In this document: positions 61,801-64,000 of the stretch, piece after piece
How the letters are laid out: the number at the start of each line of letters is the position of its first letter
How positions within the stretch are numbered: position 1 is the stretch's first letter
IMG/VR virus record: IMGVR_UViG_3300030099_003199
Location: 32,001 to 96,000 of that record
Direction: 5' to 3' (one strand)
Length of the DNA stretch: 64,000 bases
Source of the DNA: a virus
Lineage: Duplodnaviria; Caudoviricetes
The notes under the pieces: model-generated
Databases searched by the model: none
What the model saw: the letters and a program-made list of their open reading frames with translations, nothing else
Told to the model about the DNA's origin: nothing
Program-made: the position numbers and the translations under genes

Positions 61801-62298
61801 AGGAGCATTATATCTATCATAGTTTGTTGCTTTTTTATCAAACTTTAATGGTTGTAAAGAAACAGGATCAGCAACAGAAGGTGTTGTAACATCATCAAAA
61901 TTTAATATAGTATTTGCTAAACTATCATCTTGCGGTTTATCTAATTTAAATAATGCTGAGTTTGGATCCATATTATATGGATAATCCATAACAACAGGAT
62001 TATAATTTAATGTATTTGCTAATACTTCTGCATTTTTAATAACAGTAGGATCAATACTTGTACGAATAGGTTCTCCTGAATTTGGTATAAATAATTCATT
62101 TCTAATAGCATTAAAATCTACATCTACAGCAGGTATATCTGTTGGAGTAAATTTACCTGTTGGAGTTTTTATTGAAAAATTAGGACTTTCAATTATACCC
62201 TCATTAACATCTTCAGTACTAACTGTTTTTGGTTCAGTTGGTTGATTATTTACTTGAGGATTAAAGTTTATGTTTAGATTTGAAATATCTTCAGCCAT
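46861..62298 (-). CDS. Giant virion RNA polymerase polyprotein, 5145 aa, crAss-like
   Basis: RIPSQ...SGADFDIDK catalytic motif at 50632-50646; zincin HEAFH at 55780-55794; hydrophobic N-terminal region. Confidence 0.9.
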   Translation of the reverse strand: MAEDISNLNINFNPQVNNQPTEPKTVSTEDVNEGIIESPNFSIKTPTGKFTPTDIPAVDVDFNAIRNELFIPNSGEPIRTSIDPTVIKNAEVLANTLNYNPVVMDYPYNMDPNSALFKLDKPQDDSLANTILNFDDVTTPSVADPVSLQPLKFDKKATNYDRYNAPGFKHLFNKIGFHPYVDNETVYNANSTWWDENARMRGQWGRIFSTGFMSTYDAIGDAFAGNYLTGDRDGAEVFEDAMRIANSSKSGVGAFTNNLMLNSGYTFGILANIAVEELALAGLEAVTLGGATPIVASRTAYNIVRLGKTVDRALDVGKNTANTAKLLDKLKDANTARDYWRSGGRWALNIFTPQTYRAIKEISTAREGAKALSLMAKTAKTAGGFYRDARSVNLAIAESKLEGGLVQNKLYNDLYHEYVAKYGERPTGKALEKINEKAAESAFTTLAWNFPIIFFSNQFVLGTALRGFRGVSSILGKTAGSLGNRIMRKSAKRLAKETTEGAVKEPFKLLSKNRFKRIFERGIYGNLSQAGASLLRYSSANLAEGFQEITQEAIAVGAEDYYKNLYNDPAMGGLDAQMASIYSGLSSQMSGQGFEVFMSGFLMGGLVQGPQKLVFNGLPNLYNKFSSPEDFAKQKENEETYIKEAVNTLNKMYADPMMYFDANKMNAMFQKEASQDMFDSTFDGDIRSFMDKKAALVFNHLYTAAELGKLSDFASLFEDMLKLDDAMLAEAMPDQTTEDIKSGKTRERIQDMITKADDMRKAYDKLNEEIINPFDPSTFKKGTRDYNEEAIKYSAFDHAKKMAMFARSQFENATVRIASMYSELSTDPIIKKMAANDIDVLTDLQALISEINLLKDEIELATAETTTTEEVVDEKTGETTIKETTAKPELNADEQIALEQKTKKLIALQNIFNVLTDPANVKEREVFSDAELEKIEDLTERAKEKASRDNRLQLIDKLREDILSTGVRDKSQEIKEVLVNAFSNSNLMNSLGEFDIANRDKFKTVLEEYLNVLAEQLGESIQSDKIDQYVDAILDSKSLTQRQQILSRAVRTILAPENLDKLAERIEPRFKRMFLDNKNKVEARLRKYLDVTKTNIWLNELSGMGVYPDHAELIQYLENNGPIPQTYYTEEGLLTEESAQWEKANYVISAQENLTKKETPQETAQSEDSADIEDNIDYEENFLQEDTEDIEGVDVEIPSNQGDLYLKGKWIKYVETQSANNKKYLEFSDWVKSKLSKPDRLQAAAIEDIYQQVYSPLLLKNPKLGSFYTWLGTQADNEKIQDILTFRNVSLYSLLPETKSSTIKVANENVIDKETGKKVKIYYHTDEKGNRIDNEAFLTKKEAVETKKKKVNEKKKKKPNEFTYGKFDGIDNPKLAKGTLLIKDNILYVVKSTDTMVANKGNLYIRELSKQSSKDSNNNIYLTVEQANDYEIASNKDVNYVKNTSKLKIEEATKVNPTYDRSITNRTEQIEAGVSKQQDLFRNLTSDVIGGLKLRISLGPNQSNIDIPFEDKEAFQFGTQNENPKIKKNAQLLSVEIYDANGSYGYFQGPETLLLADAQGNPMSPFQLTENNLAEYFDIPKNMSTADALNYVQLSYAEAYKIYDIFKPLLATQSLVEVSLSDFPELMVTLSEGSLTRSKSNPLITFDSLDTMFVGDDTSVTVDGEKPFFIMDYSRRYTRPKNKKEKMKVQGVPVTNIDQSSKFFNAMMAEVDAMEENYDVLNRMGKYIAYVKLPNGKSAFVGLTAPVYSPENFNALLTEIQEKASDLLDNNVNADGTVKSKTAAKAINEKIQNEIYLAAEPGIYVELTLANDGSLRVKYTNMNETKNSKKRTAQGFISNEELMAFKDVQEVINKLNAFIQPVYPKGFKLDSIKTSIQKGETDIAIFGTLETQFTPEIKNNFKLQLRVNPNVISIDQLLRNAFNTNIPESTETIDDSTPVVEPTAEEKEDIILNDYENVDPAYLLEIVRKSQEGKDLTDFEQSILDNTPAEMIAGLSIQVQSENTTDISNAEVLLDQNYQGISFKAEEDLKTFINRYYESRYQQIKTSQPELNDSDIIDIVNAEMKDIETNPNNPLHSGYVTLKRIQEDAEGKAFKITENFDGYDIEDINTFTDWVRDNINTDVISLSVDNLQNNMINGQMIAGQFLIHTHNLGLSGEISVGTNNPFKYHEAFHAVFRMFLTEAEIKRYLKSAKKDVLAKLRREGKSLTDELALFRKSHGVYAKLSRKELEERYLEEFMADEFEAFKMKQKTNASSETKSLFQKILDFIKELLGFPTYKLNRLYRDINNGKYKRAGVQENRFTTAASSTPSVAYKSLTLGTKKIKTVTNTGEQFKTITNFMPSDDQHIITSSAANLFIMRKNNAKGNVNTAEMLDGVLNDIIENYNPERQFYKDKGFMWYKDNMLKLQNYYNSLKLQKDDLKELVRLRLDEVSNSILLNQEELEQEEADLGDITVDQWDKTSEMIGGFESAPRLIRELFATVSIDNQDMFGNKIIGENKNEPIRVGVNYSKVYDSILKAVANEPSAKKRMKKLWVWSQGSNVETRAVVIEMFKQLGLLEAAQDGTLFDPAQPFPSLESKTGIRSTLYNMINNQFENYTVPYLIQLVDKNTGVVQIFEANKADDAHNTLVQWAENFNRKYSEIRIVGSKENKAARNAINRLSGFLNMPSIPEKMDIINESIAISDLIFNTTGMKFDSNYILFSLYSRLIDLNIEIPESQKLLFDMNQFADPISAEELSEIVQALNSGENLFLDNQELDSEDVDEATDDTQQYYEGGVKGRLRKISLNNAYFDETVGASTFINEEGNRIYGHQRPTFHLVELARMTTEENYVENRIAEDPFLEDNFLLTDEKFKSMQEKGQIKVMRMSGQKVGVANLTAEGIVKENKGYNKANRQGTKYGSFTPQQFIVTLVNNYTAGYNRVNPDKSLKGSYIDPVTKETVEFAISPNLIRVIEASNTGDFAMLPIHKMIEFDADGTVNLTDQAYKAFENIIKRDVKAIQKELDPETETQDDIIGGNTNSKGQRTNSGRLFELSHNGKKLLSPLKTRIRNVKTYKNPGIGQDAQNSIRSGKQTVHLLDIDKTDKVGLTEGTEGLIDLTVVESQPTSLLMKNEGLINIENLSSDQVEKLIEDLGPYVTKEKQNKKQHAFTLFKGTDAEQVYYTYGFEVAEFFRGKVSLVKINFTDPVSEKSDVKIQTDKTGQETIDILEVDSTPAEIFEQLINDGASFAEAFKAIDGKKIIENRLFNEANEFVALLGDFKAIGKISPDIRKGLGVIEDSGSGTIINDIDIELTGEMMELYNLKVDDLRYNLTQIFLNDYINTISINDALLGDQRLSLKNAIDAIKRAKMQNAAGSNVYSDIIDPALGIEQTTEDIDMLLYKDSLYEKEFENIRSEDKQLDSDPGERGDGQMLITQKANRHFLYGLGELTPQVAAVLDKIEAGKEVEINEEFFGTLTAESYKQMNAIMNSQKLVYGDGKVYLKMSAFVLTPLLTSRMDENGNFTIPIPGREKLHNLRVKLEKWEQDNNAIAIAVPASASKMMKSNMLGNTETFNNSSISEDNITKLNARYMRKQMVVPSNKVEIVDPRQIKNLITSEQDLNSKVIWDGVEFSVGDIINLYHQAQNNKLAVNWFAKRNLVFNFDEILNDFLNPQTAQKININLNAFLKFAIAGLTSSQAKSDMLSYFEMNEDGTGEPKFNLNNQLTRKKFQQLFFTFLGKGTISARQPGISAALVSDDGMLFPKRVKRVDENGVPLEWEVIRQAKWEQLEAQGAAAKLSNIGSLSGLPEGLQVGDYFFDRLRSDVMMYNEDGSESGVVYTESVMPPHFKSILENLPADAAIPDVLAMAYGIRIPSQDKHSAVNIKFVDFLPVYYGSSAMFARELVELSGADFDIDKIYMQIKSFFVDKGKFVEFGKAKTEKEKYNHYLTWALNQAKQKGTPIRESIDIYLTSNPDLEFNLNEWSNMTPEEINILNESEIIARIGMENIGLPVSEEQYNAYKEKYKGREPYSDANDNKILDYKFILQGNPGMIKPRNGRELGVAQEPANLKPLTDANAAEVLGAENAGVWDYIKANLPQLAEIVSEEDIDIDNLRGKLLVFKANKEGAKNIGSSVSPNLVINIAKEFGVSVRTLKDKNGRDIIPALTIDGIQYRDFVDYTIDPETGKQDNQGYRTQYVISALITAMTDNAKERLADKLGLNKTALAMVTMMTGMGVDIKTSILLMNQPVIRDNFFKAINKEDPTDPGIRKLLERKAISIIEFMKNNNIKIPKVAITRTLLEEKANNPYELYDISTLDVEDVTEDVRFGLAEELLTIKEFLIVYDQQEMLRNVTTLLNLQKTFGEDLIDADRIQEAAESLGFLMSDKEWAGSAKNPNTIPFDFRPVFMSKYNVKPSLHVNYYTIFRESYDYLFPKLFLESSKDFKYLKDLMMSNMVNMREQKDQEILVNNITTFLNTLAYINSFENVSENEQEGSGKQTTQDSLNNALIYNGDHYGNPINQNLHITEVFNRLIANKKSYNYFLDDFLHLRTALNEDNYTGIDKIVANNFTKLSDSDIQNIQNSFLDLYSDPNTHIDSVSLIHYLLVKDGFNKNNRGTFIDLIPAELKKQILNSIDAVQTLFNSNKQTDAAFNRVFGLTKQELSNYLVFNYLQSTSAQYHVKNVDEKTGKNSPVVEIKTEEIIEPEIRPNVITILEYEPKGSTIVDNDSESSALSMTAPKAFMYKGKKYFSVDHAYQVNKTGKFNKAADKDYRKKASEGKIGGYTRETKGRENLSLLTLLVKYAFQSELNKNIGGNSLASYGDILTDATDFTTVDMKDDLSAAYIRGLKQAQSQIVIVKNNKGENIYKNKTNIQIDKRKQIDASSEPFVIDLDKGIATIAMYAGLPTFFNNKVKTPRGQFSQNQNSDDVKVILRENLNKLRQKGITSEYVNIRYGNKPNQFIKKTQLYLPLVMRKTLSDGRTVLLVLNKYQQDGKYQSTSDLNQLLDEGQTQVVGNYAEYTIIEEGPQGSKDQNPTGFLFGNRPSEQQINKFEEDKRDAFAIDMEGAELLDDIDVEEPVDDVEDIDYGDPEDVDIETDDDVNPADVLMAIQSTQDDIINELELSNDALVESFYDSLTSEEQQKLGSKDEIMKAYLSYPKDPNEYIENLKKCYLK

Positions 62299-62300
62299 CT

Positions 62301-64000
62301 TTATTCTTCATTTTCAGATTCATCAGCAGAACCTTGAGTTAGTTTATGATTTTTTTGTGCTTGTAAATTTTCTGTTGCAAACATTTGTAATTGTTCTTGT
62401 AGTTGATTATATACTTTATCAATACCTTGGTCAGAATATGGAACACCTGTAGTATTATCAATCATAGGTGTTGTAACAAAATCATCTAATACCATATTAC
62501 CTGTGTTTACATCATATCTATATCTTGCCGTTTTAGCATATACAATACCTTGATTCATTTCAAAATTTACTTGACCACCATTAGGAACTAATAATGAAGC
62601 TGTGCCTTGATTTGTTGGATCAAGAATTAAAGTTTTTACATATGATCTATATTGTGCTTCTGGATCAAAGTCTACATTAGTAAATAAATCTTTATTAAGA
62701 AAAACTGTAATAGTTTGATCTTTAATTTTTGAAAAACCATCTCCAAAATTAACATCTATATTACTAGCAATTTTTTTTGCATAATCAGGATCTAGTATAA
62801 ATTTATACATTGCATACTGTCCGCCTGCTTCTTCACCACCACCAACAGAACTATATTCTATTCTATAACCAGGTGTACCGCTTTGTTCAGCTCCACCACC
62901 TGGTTTATAATTTCTATCAGCTCTAATGGCCTCTAAAACAAGTTCTGCAGTTCTTCTATCATTTTCACTAAACTCCATACTAAATTTTGCACCAGCATCT
63001 CCTTCAGTCATAAATACCTGATTATCTGGCATGTTATCAATAGCACCAAAAAATCTATCTAATTCTTTGTTTACTATTCTATCTTTAGTACCTGCATCAT
63101 ATCTAAAAGGAATAACAGGAGCTATAGCTATATCACCTTCAGTTGGATTACCATAATAAAATGAATTAAAATCAAATGTAGTTTCAAAAGGAATAGCAGT
63201 TTCACTATCCATCACCTTTGACATTTCATCTTTCATTATATTAATTACTTTTTGAAACTCTGGTGCTAATTTTATAGGTTCATCTGCATTATCTGGTTGA
63301 CCATAAAATTGCATTAACAATCCTCCTGGGTTTCTTATACCTAATGCATCAGCTACAGGTTCAAGCAAACCAGCATAATATCCTTGCATAATACCTTGTA
63401 TATTAGCAGCATTACCACCTGAAAATTTTACTAACATATCAGTAGTAGCAGGAGAACGTGGATCTTGCTCTTTAGTTATCCAATTTCTATTTTTTTCATC
63501 ATAAAACTGATCAGTAAGTTCTTGAACAGAAGGAAGTTCTAAAGGTAAAACTTCTCTTAATTGATTAGCTAAATTTGTAACACTTGCATTATCTACAGTT
63601 GAATTAGTACCTATTAAATATTCTTTAGCTATACCAGTATATACACCATCAAATATTTCAGTATCTGTTTTAAAGTAACCATCTTTATCAAAAAAATCAA
63701 TTTCTAAATCTTGTAAATTAAGATCTAATAAGCCAACTGGTATTCTACTTAAATCTAAACTTTCAATAACATTTTTATATACTCTAGCCTGTAAATCTTT
63801 AACTTGACCTAATTTTTTAGTTCTCATATCAACATCACCAATCATCTCACCTATAGTGTTTCTTAAACCTTCATTGACACCTTTTTTATATGAAGCTGCC
63901 ATATCTGGATCTTTTGTTATTTGAACAACTCTGTTATAATGATATTCTAATAAATCAGGATTATCAAGTAATACTTGTCCTGCATCTTCCCATCTATAAA
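62301..64000 (-). CDS. Virion cargo protein, partial (frame stays open to the right edge)
   Basis: No stop between 63902 and 64000 in this frame; directly upstream of the vRNAP gene. Confidence 0.8.
   Translation of the reverse strand, partial: YRWEDAGQVLLDNPDLLEYHYNRVVQITKDPDMAASYKKGVNEGLRNTIGEMIGDVDMRTKKLGQVKDLQARVYKNVIESLDLSRIPVGLLDLNLQDLEIDFFDKDGYFKTDTEIFDGVYTGIAKEYLIGTNSTVDNASVTNLANQLREVLPLELPSVQELTDQFYDEKNRNWITKEQDPRSPATTDMLVKFSGGNAANIQGIMQGYYAGLLEPVADALGIRNPGGLLMQFYGQPDNADEPIKLAPEFQKVINIMKDEMSKVMDSETAIPFETTFDFNSFYYGNPTEGDIAIAPVIPFRYDAGTKDRIVNKELDRFFGAIDNMPDNQVFMTEGDAGAKFSMEFSENDRRTAELVLEAIRADRNYKPGGGAEQSGTPGYRIEYSSVGGGEEAGGQYAMYKFILDPDYAKKIASNIDVNFGDGFSKIKDQTITVFLNKDLFTNVDFDPEAQYRSYVKTLILDPTNQGTASLLVPNGGQVNFEMNQGIVYAKTARYRYDVNTGNMVLDDFVTTPMIDNTTGVPYSDQGIDKVYNQLQEQLQMFATENLQAQKNHKLTQGSADESENEE

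Noticed and set aside
44658-62452. Many 60-167 aa ORFs within the giant genes, and antisense ORFs in the replication block
   Set aside because: Shadow frames of long AT-rich coding sequence with no motifs.
1-64000. Stop-codon reassignment, seen in some crAss-like phages
   Set aside because: Genes up to 15 kb are intact in the standard code, TAG and TGA end genes at sensible junctions, and no suppressor tRNA is present.

Overview
AT-rich dsDNA phage genome segment with the hallmarks of a crAss-like (Crassvirales-related) phage, probably infecting a Bacteroidota/Flavobacteria host (TAnnTTTG promoters, A-rich SD-less leaders, a type IX secretion C-terminal domain). Plus strand 2.5-28.2 kb is an early/replication block: SF2 helicase, HNH, DnaA-C domain, DnaB, AAA, SSB, primase, RusA-like resolvase, vWA-peptidase/MoxR module, PD-(D/E)xK nuclease, family B DNA polymerase, DUF932, DUF5664, tRNA-Arg(TCT) and a spore-photoproduct-lyase-like radical SAM enzyme. 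Minus strand 28.2-39.0 kb is a late block of small basic, structural and lysis genes. It includes a cassette of exported proteins (T9SS cargo with Cys-rich repeats, outer-membrane beta-barrel, Cys-less thioredoxin fold) and several unannotated microproteins, among them a 22-aa CDGSH peptide. A class II ribonucleotide reductase sits on the plus strand at 39.2-41.1 kb. Minus strand 41.3-64 kb carries the giant virion-ejected proteins, including a 5145-aa DFDID-type RNA polymerase polyprotein. Top leads: (1) a phage-encoded host-envelope/T9SS export module; (2) only two cysteines in about 7000 aa of ejected protein, placed head-to-tail at the gene junction; (3) an SPL-like enzyme, a CDGSH micropeptide and many small basic proteins; (4) three paralogous partners around the MoxR/vWA pair; (5) structured intergenic RNAs. 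All calls come from motif recognition by eye; no database searches were run.
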